Positions 20,632 through 29,695 of a stretch of 64,000 nucleotides of DNA are shown here, piece by piece. How positions within the stretch are numbered: the stretch's first letter is position 1; each line of letters begins with the position of its first letter. The DNA lies in the NCBI GenBank assembly GCA_963667175.2, contig CAXXXF010000004.1, forward strand, positions 32,001-96,000. Reading direction: 5' to 3'. The translations under genes and the position numbers were made by a program. This DNA comes from Candidatus Latescibacterota bacterium (GTDB taxonomy: Bacteria > Latescibacterota > UBA2968 > GCA-2709665). The notes under the pieces are model-generated. The model saw only the letters and a program-made list of their open reading frames with translations, did not search any database and was not told the DNA's origin.

Positions 20632-21492
20632 CTATCCCACGATCGCATTGATGTCCTGTACGACGATATCCGTCGCGCCGAGCGTGCGCAGGCGAATCAG
20701 GAGTCCGGCCGTCTGCGATCTGGGCACGACGGTCTCGATCGCGCTGGCGCTGTCCGACGTGGGGCTGAGCGTGGGGGCGCGTCGCGCGGGCAGGGTCTTC
20801 AGAACGGCGGGCCGGCGCCGGTTGTCGACGTTCAGTTTGACGAGCTGATAGTTTTCGGCCTCGAGTGCGCCCGCCATGAGGTCTCCGAGCGCAACAAATT
20901 CGGGCCGGGGTTCCCGCGCGATAAGCACGATGGGCGATACCATGAACTCCTCGACGATTTCAAGCCCGTTCTCGCGGAGGCTGTCGCCCGTGATGGTGAC
21001 CCCCACACCGTAGTCGAAGAGCTTCATCGCCACCTTGATTTCCGTGCTGCCGTGCGAGAAATCAACCGCCGCATGGGGATAGCGCGCGCGGGTAATCGCC
21101 GGATATTCGGAGCTGATGGCGGCTGTCGCATTTTGCGACGGTGGTCGACTGTCCTGCCGTCGGAACAGCACGACGCGCGCGGGCGTACGGGTCTCGCGGC
21201 TGATATTGAGTTCCGCCAGGCGCCGGAGCCGGGTGTCGGATCCCGCCTCGTGGGCGAGTTCGGTTTCGACAACGCAGTCCAGGCCGCAGATGCCGCAATC
21301 GATCTGCCGTTTCAGGAGCGCCCCGGGAATATCCTGGGGACGCATATAGACGGCCTGACCGAAGAGGTCCAGTCCCTCCATCGCAACCTGGCCGTTGCGT
21401 CCCGTGGGGCGAACGTCCAGGCCGACTCGGGAAAGCAGGTCGCAAAGCGGACCCTGCATGCTGCCGTTGGGCAGACCAAGTGTGAAATTCAT
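20632..21492 (-). CDS. hisG: ATP phosphoribosyltransferase (long form, divergent)
   Basis: LGLPNG, RPQDIP, SEYP, GSTE, TGDSLRENGL, C-terminal APTLSP...GATDI regulatory domain; adjacent to hisI. Confidence 0.8.
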   Translation of the reverse strand: MNFTLGLPNGSMQGPLCDLLSRVGLDVRPTGRNGQVAMEGLDLFGQAVYMRPQDIPGALLKRQIDCGICGLDCVVETELAHEAGSDTRLRRLAELNISRETRTPARVVLFRRQDSRPPSQNATAAISSEYPAITRARYPHAAVDFSHGSTEIKVAMKLFDYGVGVTITGDSLRENGLEIVEEFMVSPIVLIAREPRPEFVALGDLMAGALEAENYQLVKLNVDNRRRPAVLKTLPARRAPTLSPTSDSASAIETVVPRSQTAGLLIRLRTLGATDIVVQDINAIVG

Positions 21493-21495
21493 GGT

Positions 21496-21924
21496 TTACT
21501 CCGAAACGGTTCCGGGATCCACAAACGCCAGATTCCCGTTGTCGATGCTGCGGTAATAGCAACCATACCGGGCGCGGCCGTTTTCCTTCGTGTGACACGA
21601 TCCCTCGCCCTTCAGGCGCACCATGTATAGCAGGGAATTCTGCTCGCAGTTCACCCGCACGTCGACCAGCTCGAGCATGTTCCCCGACGTTGCCCCTTTG
21701 ATCCAGAGTTCGTTTCGGGACGTACTCCAGAACGTCGCCACCCCATGTTCGAGCGCGTGGTCCAGCGCCTTTCGATTGGCGTAGCCGATGAGAAGGACGG
21801 CTTTGCTCTCCACGTCCTGTACTGCGACAGGGATGACTGAGTGGCCGGTCTGTGCAACCCGGTTCAATTTCCCGAAGTCGAGTTGAATCGATGTGCCCTC
21901 TTCGAGTTTGACGTCGACAGCCAT
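21496..21924 (-). CDS. hisI: Phosphoribosyl-AMP cyclohydrolase
   Basis: FWSTSRNELWIKGATSG, NCEQNSLL, SCHT, CYYR. Confidence 0.92.
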   Translation of the reverse strand: MAVDVKLEEGTSIQLDFGKLNRVAQTGHSVIPVAVQDVESKAVLLIGYANRKALDHALEHGVATFWSTSRNELWIKGATSGNMLELVDVRVNCEQNSLLYMVRLKGEGSCHTKENGRARYGCYYRSIDNGNLAFVDPGTVSE

Positions 21925-21964
21925 GGCGATTTCCTCTTTGAGCGGGATTCGGGGTCGATTCTCT

Positions 21965-22687
21965 TCATGCTTTCTCAATAATTGCGACGTATACGGCGCC
22001 GGTTTCGGGAATGGTCCTTGAAATTCGCCAGCCGGTGTCCTCCAGAATGAACGCCATCTCCTTTCGGGACACCTGAAGGTAGTCGAACCACGCGTCCATG
22101 TATCGTTCGTACCGGATCCGGATTCTGAGCTGGCACGAGAACCTGCCGCGCCTGCGGTTCGATTCGTGATAATCCAGATGCACTTTACTGGTGGTTGCAT
22201 AAGGGTCCCTGGTTTCCGCGACAATCCGTCCGCCGGAAGACGTCATATTGCGCATTTTCCGCAGCAGCCACCGGGCGCGTTTCAGGTTCCCGAACAGACC
22301 GAAGTTGGCGCCCAGCATGAGAATCGTATCGAACCGGCCGAGCCGCTGGGAAACCTGCGTTACGTTCAGAACCATGGCATTCGTCAGGCCGCGTTCACGG
22401 GCGACTCTGATCGCCAGGGGAGACCGGTCGATGCCCAGGACGTCGAACCCCTTCTGCTGAAGGTGGAGGGCGTGCCGTCCCGGCCCGCAGCCGACGTCCA
22501 GGACGCGTCCCGACACAAAGCTCATCGACTCCTGTTGCTGAGGCGGCCATTCGGAGAAGGGCTTGAAGTAGTCGCTCGACTTGCCGGCGGAGATGCACCC
22601 GTCTTCTCGTTCCACGATTTCCCGGGCGGGAATGCCGCGATGGAAGTCCCACATCATCCGTCCGTAAGCGTCGTCACTGTGTGGCAT
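21965..22687 (-). CDS. Class I SAM-dependent methyltransferase
   Basis: VLDVGCGPGRH, GIDRSP, FDTILMLGAN. Confidence 0.88.
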   Translation of the reverse strand: MPHSDDAYGRMMWDFHRGIPAREIVEREDGCISAGKSSDYFKPFSEWPPQQQESMSFVSGRVLDVGCGPGRHALHLQQKGFDVLGIDRSPLAIRVARERGLTNAMVLNVTQVSQRLGRFDTILMLGANFGLFGNLKRARWLLRKMRNMTSSGGRIVAETRDPYATTSKVHLDYHESNRRRGRFSCQLRIRIRYERYMDAWFDYLQVSRKEMAFILEDTGWRISRTIPETGAVYVAIIEKA

Positions 22688-22763
22688 TTTTCCGTTTCCT
22701 TTCCAGGATAAACCCGCCTGGTCGGATTACCGTCCATGGCTGAACCGTTCATCGATGCCCAAT

Positions 22764-22799
22764 AAAAAGGCCCGCTGTCTCTCGACAGCGGGCCTTTTT
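22764..22799. terminator. Intrinsic terminator hairpin (candidate attenuator terminator)
   Basis: AAAAAGGCCCGCTGTC-TCTC-GACAGCGGGCCTTTTT, a perfect stem with T-runs in both directions. Confidence 0.9.
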
Positions 22800-22816
22800 G
22801 TTTCTGCGCAATCAAA

Positions 22817-22966
22817 TCAGGTCCAGTCCACCACCGAGCGAATTTCGCGAAGGGTCGCGGTAGCGCAATAATGCGCATGCCGATGGGCGGTGTGAGCGTA
22901 GAGGTACCCCGTTGGGGTGCTTACCGAATTCCTGAACGTGTCCCGGATGTCATTCATTGTCTTCAT
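22817..22966 (-). CDS. Putative His-rich leader peptide (49 aa)
   Basis: Manual translation MKTMNDIRDTFRNSVSTPTGYLYAHTAHRHAHYCATATLREIRSVVDWT*; ends 17 nt before the hairpin, upstream of the hisI/hisG unit. Confidence 0.65.
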   Translation of the reverse strand: MKTMNDIRDTFRNSVSTPTGYLYAHTAHRHAHYCATATLREIRSVVDWT

Positions 22967-23089
22967 CACGATCTAAAAATAGAAAAGCAGTATTTGCGCG
23001 TCAAGTTTTTTCTTTCTGGCGCACACCCTCGAGGCCGCGTCCTTTTGCGTTGTATCCGAAGTTTTCATTGGCTATTTTGTTGCAAAGCG

Positions 23090-23367
23090 GGGAGACGTTA
23101 GAGGGTAGACGGGAGAGATTGTCCGCCTCGTCCGGTTTCACTTTTTGCCGCAGGCATAAAGAAAAAACCAAACGGGCAAAGACGTCATCTACCGTCTCAC
23201 GTCTTGCGTCTCACGGGTTTTGCTGCCCTGTGCGGTTTCATCTCTTGCCGGAGGCATAAAGGAAGGACAAATCTGGCAAGGATGTCATCTACCGTCTACC
23301 GGCTCACGTCTCACCGCAGTTAGGCGACCTCTCCCCCCAGCCCCCTCTCCCGGAGGGAAAGGGGGAG
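23090..23367. repeat. Nested GAGACGT-type heptamer arms plus a CCCCCTCTCCC...GGGGGAG palindrome
   Basis: Arms at ~23090, ~23186 and ~23286; hairpin at ~23329-23367. Confidence 0.7.
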
Positions 23368-23405
23368 AAAACCAGGCGTCAAACGATGATTGAGAGGATC
23401 TGGAA

Positions 23406-25166
23406 ATGTCAAAGGTGAATCCCAATGGGTTGACCGTTTCGATCGAGACGCCCATGCCGCCGCCGGAATGGGCGTTGCTCGAACGTGCGTTGATCAGGGC
23501 ACAGACACGGGCCTGCGAGGAATTCTTCAATCGCTACTTCGATGCGCGCGGCTATCTGCAGTGCGTGCCCCGATGGGGCGGCAACGACGGGCCGGACGAC
23601 GCGATTGAGAACCTGACGGGCTGGCCCATTCTGCACGCGATTGGCGCGCCGGATTGCATTCTGGATATGTACAAACTGGGATGGGAAGGACACCTCTTGC
23701 AGTATACGGAGGCGAAAACCGTGGAGGTACCGCTCGCCCGGGACGGGATGATCTACAAGGAGTTTCCGGTGAGCCTGGACTGGTTCCACCACGGCGAGAG
23801 CCTGGCCGTCTTCAATCTGCAGGGATTGTCGGATCCGTACGATATGAACTTCAGGCGCCGGACGCGCCGGTACGCGGGACTCTATATGGATGAGGACCCG
23901 CAGGCGAAGAATTACGATCCGGAGCACAGAATCATCCGCAGCCTGTTTACGGGCAGCCGCGGACCCCTGCTCCGGAAGGCGACGGCGCTGGACTGGGCGG
24001 GAGACCCCATCGAAGTGGAGGGGCGGTTCGATCCCGCGCACGGTGAGCGCACTTTCGAGGAAATGCTGGCGCATTTCGAGGATTATACGGACGTGGTAGG
24101 CGACCATCCCATCAATCTGGCGGCCACGACCCTCGGCCTCAACGCTTTTATGGTCGATGCGGAGGAAAAATACAGGGACTGGGTCGTCGACTACGTGGAC
24201 GCCTGGGCGGAACGGGCCGCCGCGAACAACGGCATCCTCCCCAGCAATATCGGACTGGACGGCACGATCGGCGGCGAGTGCGACGGCAAGTGGTATGGCG
24301 GGTGTTACGGCTGGGGGTTCACGGTGGTCGTCCCCCAAACGGGTGAACTGGCCAACAGGAATGCGATTTCCCGGGGCGTCGCGGGCTTCGGCAACGCCCT
24401 TTTGTTGACGGGCGAACAGAAATACGTGGACGTATGGCGCGGGATGCTCGCGGCCGTGAACGCGAACACCCGCACGGTGGACGGAAGAACGATGTACCCG
24501 CACATGTGTGGCGACGACGGCTGGTACGACTATCAGGAGTCGCCCTACAATCAGGGCGCGCTGGACGTCTACTACTGGTCGATGGATCGTGCGGATCTGA
24601 AATACGTGCCGGAAAACGCGTGGCTGAAGTTTCTGGATGGAGAGAACGGGGGATTTGCCGAGGCGTCGCTACGCCGGGAATTCGCGTCCATCCGCGAAAA
24701 GGTGAACGGCCTGCGCGCGGACACCAGTACCCCCGATACCCGGATGTCGGACGATACGCTGAAGTTCAATCCGGCCATCAACAGCTGTCTGACCCAGTTG
24801 ATGCTGGGTGGATTGAACCCCCGGTACGGCGAACCGCTGCACTGCCGCCTGCGGTACTTCGACCCCGCGCGGCGGCGGGCCGGGATACCCGCGGACGTGG
24901 CTGCGCTCGTCGAGGGGCTGACGGACGAAACGGCCACGGTCTCGCTCATGAACGTGAATCCGGTGGATCATCGGACCGTGATCGTCCAGGCAGGGGCCTA
25001 TGCCGAGCACCAGGTGACCGCGGTCGAGGCTGATGGAAGGACTCAATCCGTGGATTGTCCCTTCTTCACGGTACGACTGGCGCCCGGAAGCGGCAGCCGG
25101 CTCGTGGTCGCCACGAAGCGGTACGTGAACCCGCCGACGTTTGTTTTTCCATGGGACAGGGAATAA
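23406..25166 (+). CDS. Hypothetical protein, 586 aa (possible alpha/alpha-barrel enzyme)
   Basis: Long ORF with host-like codon usage; RWGGNDGPDDAIE and DWFHHGE blocks; no family recognised. Confidence 0.75.
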   Translation: MSKVNPNGLTVSIETPMPPPEWALLERALIRAQTRACEEFFNRYFDARGYLQCVPRWGGNDGPDDAIENLTGWPILHAIGAPDCILDMYKLGWEGHLLQYTEAKTVEVPLARDGMIYKEFPVSLDWFHHGESLAVFNLQGLSDPYDMNFRRRTRRYAGLYMDEDPQAKNYDPEHRIIRSLFTGSRGPLLRKATALDWAGDPIEVEGRFDPAHGERTFEEMLAHFEDYTDVVGDHPINLAATTLGLNAFMVDAEEKYRDWVVDYVDAWAERAAANNGILPSNIGLDGTIGGECDGKWYGGCYGWGFTVVVPQTGELANRNAISRGVAGFGNALLLTGEQKYVDVWRGMLAAVNANTRTVDGRTMYPHMCGDDGWYDYQESPYNQGALDVYYWSMDRADLKYVPENAWLKFLDGENGGFAEASLRREFASIREKVNGLRADTSTPDTRMSDDTLKFNPAINSCLTQLMLGGLNPRYGEPLHCRLRYFDPARRRAGIPADVAALVEGLTDETATVSLMNVNPVDHRTVIVQAGAYAEHQVTAVEADGRTQSVDCPFFTVRLAPGSGSRLVVATKRYVNPPTFVFPWDRE

Positions 25167-25167
25167 G

Positions 25168-25385
25168 TAGCTGTCAGGCGTTAGCTGTCAGCGGTCAACT
25201 CCCCGCCCGACCACCCCCAAGGCACTCTGGCTCCGCTCCTCCTTTCCGTCCGGGAGAGGGACCGGTTTCCCGGGAGCGAGGGCATCTTGCCGTCGTTGCG
25301 CCCGTAATAGCCCTGCCGTTTCACGGCGCTCACGTCAACGAATTGAGATTTTGATTCAAGCTGAAAGCTGACCGCTGATAGCTGT
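25168..25385. repeat. Element bounded by inverted TCAGC/GCTGA heptamer arrays
   Basis: GTAGCTGTCAGGCGTTAGCTGTCAGCGGTCA ... GCTGAAAGCTGACCGCTGATAGCTG; same design at 33829-34129. Confidence 0.7.
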
Positions 25386-25473
25386 TTTTGCTGCATTTCG
25401 ACGGCCACGGGAGCGGTCGTCCTTAAAGGTATCTTGAAATTGTCGTTACGTTCAAACCTTCGGAGGATTTGAA

Positions 25474-26316
25474 ATGCGTCTGGATATCGAAAGATGGCGC
25501 CGCCGGCCCAAGATCGACGTGCATTGCCACGTCTGGAATCTTGGGAACGAGGCGGACGAAGCGACGTCCGCCGAGCGGCTGATCTCGACGGGCGACATGC
25601 TGGGCATCACTGAATTCTGGTGTTCGTCGCCCATTACGGGCGGACGGCTTGCCGGTATCGAAGAAGTACGCGCGGAGAACGATGCCGTGCTGCGGGCCAT
25701 GAAACGCTTTCCCGACCGTATCCGGGGTCTGTGTTTCGTCATTCCGGGACATTATCGGCACGCGTTGGACGAGATTGACCGTTGCCTGGACGCGGGAATG
25801 ATCGGCCTGAAACTCTACAACCAGTACCGCATCGACGATCCGGCCGTGTTTCCGGTCATCGAACGCATCATCGAGCGCAAGGTCCCGCTCCTGGAGCACG
25901 CGGGTCTCCCCACCTCCAGGGAATTCCTGGACGCGCAGCCGCTGATCTCCAACGGACGCCACTTTGCCGCAATGAATCGTCGGTATCCGGAAGCGATGGT
26001 CATCCACGCGCACATCGGCGGCGGCGGCGACTGGGAAAACACCATTCGCGCGATGCGGGGCACCTCGCGCAGCCTGGTCTGCGACGTCAGCGGCAGCAAT
26101 CTGGACGACGGGCAGGTCGAGTTGGCGGTGGCCGAAATGGGCGCCGACCGGGTGCTGTTCGGCACCGACGGGACCATGACCGGAAGCGTGGGAAAGGTTA
26201 TCGACGCAACGCTGACGGACGAGGAAAAGGACATGATTTTCTGGGACAACGCGGAGCGGATTCTGGCCGCGCAGGGCGCGGCGCCGCTACGGACGGGGAA
26301 GGAGGCCGTGGCATGA
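25474..26316 (+). CDS. Amidohydrolase_2 family metallohydrolase
   Basis: IDVHCH, GLKL, LEHAG, AHIGGG, FGTD. Confidence 0.88.
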   Translation: MRLDIERWRRRPKIDVHCHVWNLGNEADEATSAERLISTGDMLGITEFWCSSPITGGRLAGIEEVRAENDAVLRAMKRFPDRIRGLCFVIPGHYRHALDEIDRCLDAGMIGLKLYNQYRIDDPAVFPVIERIIERKVPLLEHAGLPTSREFLDAQPLISNGRHFAAMNRRYPEAMVIHAHIGGGGDWENTIRAMRGTSRSLVCDVSGSNLDDGQVELAVAEMGADRVLFGTDGTMTGSVGKVIDATLTDEEKDMIFWDNAERILAAQGAAPLRTGKEAVA

Positions 26317-27113
26317 AGGTTATTGATCTCAACGCCTGGTTGGGTTCGTGGCCTTTTCGGGGGCTGCGGGACAATACGCCCGACACACTGATCCGGCGGC
26401 TGGAACGGGCCGGCATCGATACCGCCGCCGTCTCCCGGATCGAGGCGATACTGCACCGGAGCGTCCAACCGGCAAACGAACGGCTGGCGGAGGACCTGGA
26501 GGGGTCTACCGATCGGTTGATCGCAATGGCAACGATCAACGCGGCCGACGCGAACTGGGAGGGCGACCTGCGCCGGTGTCACGAAGACCTGGGCATGAAG
26601 GGCGCACGTCTGTTCCCGCAATATCATGGGTTCGACGTGGACGGACCCGAGGCGCGCAAGGTCGTGGCGGCGTGTGTGGAACGATCGCTTCCCGTGTTCA
26701 TTCCCCACCGGATCGAGGACGTCCGGCAGCGGCACTGGATGGATCCGGGACGGACGTTGGATCTCGATGGCGCGGCGAACCTGATCGCCGCGGTATCCGG
26801 GGCGACAATCGTGATCCCCAATGCGCGGGGTATTGCTGATTCCCCCGTGTGGCGACGACAAGACATTCGAGACCGTGACTGGTATTTCGACCTCTCCCTC
26901 GCTGAAGTCCACTACTCATTGAACCGAAACGTGAACGACCTGGGAGATCTGGCGAATTTCATCGAACAGGGCGGCGCGGGCCACCTCGTATTCGGCACGC
27001 ACGCGCCGTTCTCTTATCCCTCCGCCGCGACGGTGAAGTGTGCGGTGTTGCCCGTGGATGAGGAAACGCTGGAAGAAATCTGCCACAAGCGGGCGGAACG
27101 AATGTTGAGTTGA
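26313..27113 (+). CDS. Amidohydrolase-fold protein with degenerate metal ligands
   Basis: IDLNAWLG in place of DxHxH; FGTHAP; ATGA overlap with the upstream amidohydrolase. Confidence 0.8.
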   Translation: MKVIDLNAWLGSWPFRGLRDNTPDTLIRRLERAGIDTAAVSRIEAILHRSVQPANERLAEDLEGSTDRLIAMATINAADANWEGDLRRCHEDLGMKGARLFPQYHGFDVDGPEARKVVAACVERSLPVFIPHRIEDVRQRHWMDPGRTLDLDGAANLIAAVSGATIVIPNARGIADSPVWRRQDIRDRDWYFDLSLAEVHYSLNRNVNDLGDLANFIEQGGAGHLVFGTHAPFSYPSAATVKCAVLPVDEETLEEICHKRAERMLS

Positions 27114-27138
27114 TATTCTGTTTAAGGAGCGACAAGGC

Positions 27139-29553
27139 GTGGTAACGGCTGACATGATCACCCGTCTGGAAGGCGCGTGCATACCCGCCGTCGAGACCCC
27201 GATGAGCCGGCGATATCTGCGGATGGCGCAGAAGTGGCTTCCCACCGCGCTGAGCTATTTCCAGGATTGGGGGGAGCGCCCCAACTGCGGACACTTTTTC
27301 GGCGGCGTCCATTGGTACGGCATAGAGACGGCCGTCCCGCTGCACGCCCTGGCCGCGGTGGGCGCCTCGCCGGAGTACGACGAAAAGACAACGGGACTCT
27401 CCATCGACGACCTCCGGGAGGTCGTCATAAAGGCCATCCGATACCTTTGTTTCACGCACGACACGGGCCCCGAGGAATGCCTGCGGCCGTCAATCGGACT
27501 GGGCATGCCGCGGTCCTGGGGCACCAAGTGGGGGGAACGGGGTCGGGGGTTCTTCCCGGAGAGCCAGTGCGGCGGGACCGTCGCGAATATGACCTCCGCC
27601 TCCCTCATGCTGCAGCAGTACGTGGACGACGAAACGCGGATGATGCTGGCGGGAATCTGCCTGGACTATCTCGAACGGTTCGGAGACATGGCGCCGAAGA
27701 GCGGGGTATTCGCCGATACGCAGATGGAAGAGAACGCGTGGACGGCGCACGGCCTGGCGGCGTGTTATCTGTTTCTGTCCGGACACGAGCATGCGGAAGC
27801 CTGGGAAACCTGCGCACGACGATGGATGTTTTCGGCATGCGCGGCGCCGCAGGACAGGTTCAACGAGGGGGCGCTGGAATCCGGGTTGACGGCCGCTGCG
27901 CTGACCGGCAAGACGTTTACCACGCTGCCGGACTACATGGCGGAGAACCACGGGATGGTCCACCCCGGGTACACCGCCTCCGGGGTCCAGTCGGTGGCCG
28001 CCCTGGGTTTGCTCTACCGGATGTACGGAAGGACCGAACCTCCGGAGGCCTACTGGAACCGCCAGCGCGTCTACGATGCGATTAAACTGCTGACGGACGA
28101 GACCGGATCGGCGATGCCGACACAGGGGATGGACCGGCTGTATCTGGGAGAACAACACGCGCTGCACGCATCGGCTTATCTGTTTCTGAAGGACCCCGAT
28201 GCCGGGTATTTCGAGGAAGTTTCACTTGCGCTGAGAGAAAAAAAGCAGGAAGGGAACGGCGGGCGGTTGATTGATCCCGTCGTTTCGGCAACCTGCCACG
28301 AGGTGGAAGACCCCATGGAGATCAAGGAATCGGAGATGATCGCCTTGATCGTGAAGCCCTACCTCCTGCACCGGCTGATGGATGCGGAAGCGCCGGCGCC
28401 GACGTCCGCCGAGGAGATCGCGAGCAAGTTCAATGGCGTCCGATTGTTCCCGCATTCGGGATTCGTACATCACCGACACATGAAGGGACAGAATTCCCTC
28501 TCCTGGCGAAATTACATGATGGCGCTGCCGTTCACGCGCGACGGCGTGCATACAGTCGGGCCCAGCCGGTGGAGTCTGCTGGCCAACGTGACCGTGAAGG
28601 ACCGCCCGGAAAGCCACGACTTAATTGTGATGGAGGTGAACCGGAAGGACGACGGCTTTGCGGCGTTGATGGTCAACCATCGGGCCCAGGACGCCATTCG
28701 CCAGCGCGTGTTGTGCTGCTCGCTTCCGGACGGACGAATGGTGGTCAGTGAACAACTCGATGCGTTGGAAGACTGTATCGTAGAGCGGCTCGATCAGGGA
28801 TTCATCAGAGTCGTCAACGAGAACTTCCCGCTTGTCGGCGGCGCGTGCGACGGAAAGCGAATTTTATATCATGCGAACGGAGCCGAGACGTTTCCGGGGT
28901 TTCCAGGCAACGATCCCGACGCCGACGTCGTGTTCGACCTGCGCGATCCGGGGTGGCTGAACGTGGACGATCAGCTGGGGATCGTCTTCAAAGGGACCGG
29001 CGGGACCCGCTACGTGAACCGCCACTATTTTCCGCCGTTCGCGTTCAGGGCGGTGGCCGACGATCTGTTCCTGAGTCTGGACGAGACGGCGAAGGAGTGC
29101 CGCGCCGGCGAGCAGGTGGGCGCGCTGGCGATGCTGATCTGTCCCGAGCAGCCTCACGAGGAAACGCCGGCCCAGTTCCTGAGCGTCGCCGACTCGTCCG
29201 ATGATACGGTCGGTCTGATCGTGGACGGATATCTGTGCGCCGGCAACTTCGGAACGACGCGGAAGTTGTGCACGTTTGAGACCGTCGCCGGGAGTGGGGC
29301 GCCGGTTTTCGGAAGTACCACCCGTGTATCGGGACAGCGCGTCGAGTATACAGTGCCAATCGAAGGAGGAGCGGCCGTCTACGCGAAGGAGGTGCTGAAG
29401 GTCCGGACCGACGGCGATATCCGGATCGAAACGGTCCCCGGCGGCAGCGCATACGTCACCAACGAAGCGGGACGCAGCGTGAAAGTGAATATTCAGAAAG
29501 GCGGCAGAGAACGCGAATTGTGTCTGGACGTGGGCCAGGTGGCGCCCGTATGA
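27139..29553 (+). CDS. Hypothetical ~800 aa protein (paralog of 34153-36567; possibly polysaccharide-lyase-like)
   Basis: Shares CGHFFGGVHWYG, YLCFTHD, DTQMEENAW, AENHGMVHP and WLNVDD.LG with the paralog. Confidence 0.75.
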   Translation: MVTADMITRLEGACIPAVETPMSRRYLRMAQKWLPTALSYFQDWGERPNCGHFFGGVHWYGIETAVPLHALAAVGASPEYDEKTTGLSIDDLREVVIKAIRYLCFTHDTGPEECLRPSIGLGMPRSWGTKWGERGRGFFPESQCGGTVANMTSASLMLQQYVDDETRMMLAGICLDYLERFGDMAPKSGVFADTQMEENAWTAHGLAACYLFLSGHEHAEAWETCARRWMFSACAAPQDRFNEGALESGLTAAALTGKTFTTLPDYMAENHGMVHPGYTASGVQSVAALGLLYRMYGRTEPPEAYWNRQRVYDAIKLLTDETGSAMPTQGMDRLYLGEQHALHASAYLFLKDPDAGYFEEVSLALREKKQEGNGGRLIDPVVSATCHEVEDPMEIKESEMIALIVKPYLLHRLMDAEAPAPTSAEEIASKFNGVRLFPHSGFVHHRHMKGQNSLSWRNYMMALPFTRDGVHTVGPSRWSLLANVTVKDRPESHDLIVMEVNRKDDGFAALMVNHRAQDAIRQRVLCCSLPDGRMVVSEQLDALEDCIVERLDQGFIRVVNENFPLVGGACDGKRILYHANGAETFPGFPGNDPDADVVFDLRDPGWLNVDDQLGIVFKGTGGTRYVNRHYFPPFAFRAVADDLFLSLDETAKECRAGEQVGALAMLICPEQPHEETPAQFLSVADSSDDTVGLIVDGYLCAGNFGTTRKLCTFETVAGSGAPVFGSTTRVSGQRVEYTVPIEGGAAVYAKEVLKVRTDGDIRIETVPGGSAYVTNEAGRSVKVNIQKGGRERELCLDVGQVAPV

Positions 29554-29595
29554 GATCGGGAGCACAATCCCGGCGGGACGGTCGATGATACGTAC

Positions 29596-29691
29596 CTGCT
29601 GGGTCACGGCCTTACGACACACGCCGCTTCGCACCGAACCCTTTTATGCTTTTTGTGGCCAATTTGACGGTTATCTTTTTTCGAATTGAGG
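29596..29691 (+). repeat. ~100-bp dispersed repeat, copy 2
   Basis: Matches 5404-5508; its end supplies the GAGGG RBS of the M81 gene. Confidence 0.8.
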
Positions 29692-29695
29692 GTAA

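Noticed and set aside
22654-22878. Trp-type leader peptide (ARWWTG frame)
   Set aside because: The ORF runs through the terminator into the methyltransferase gene, and the downstream genes are his genes; the His-rich frame fits better.
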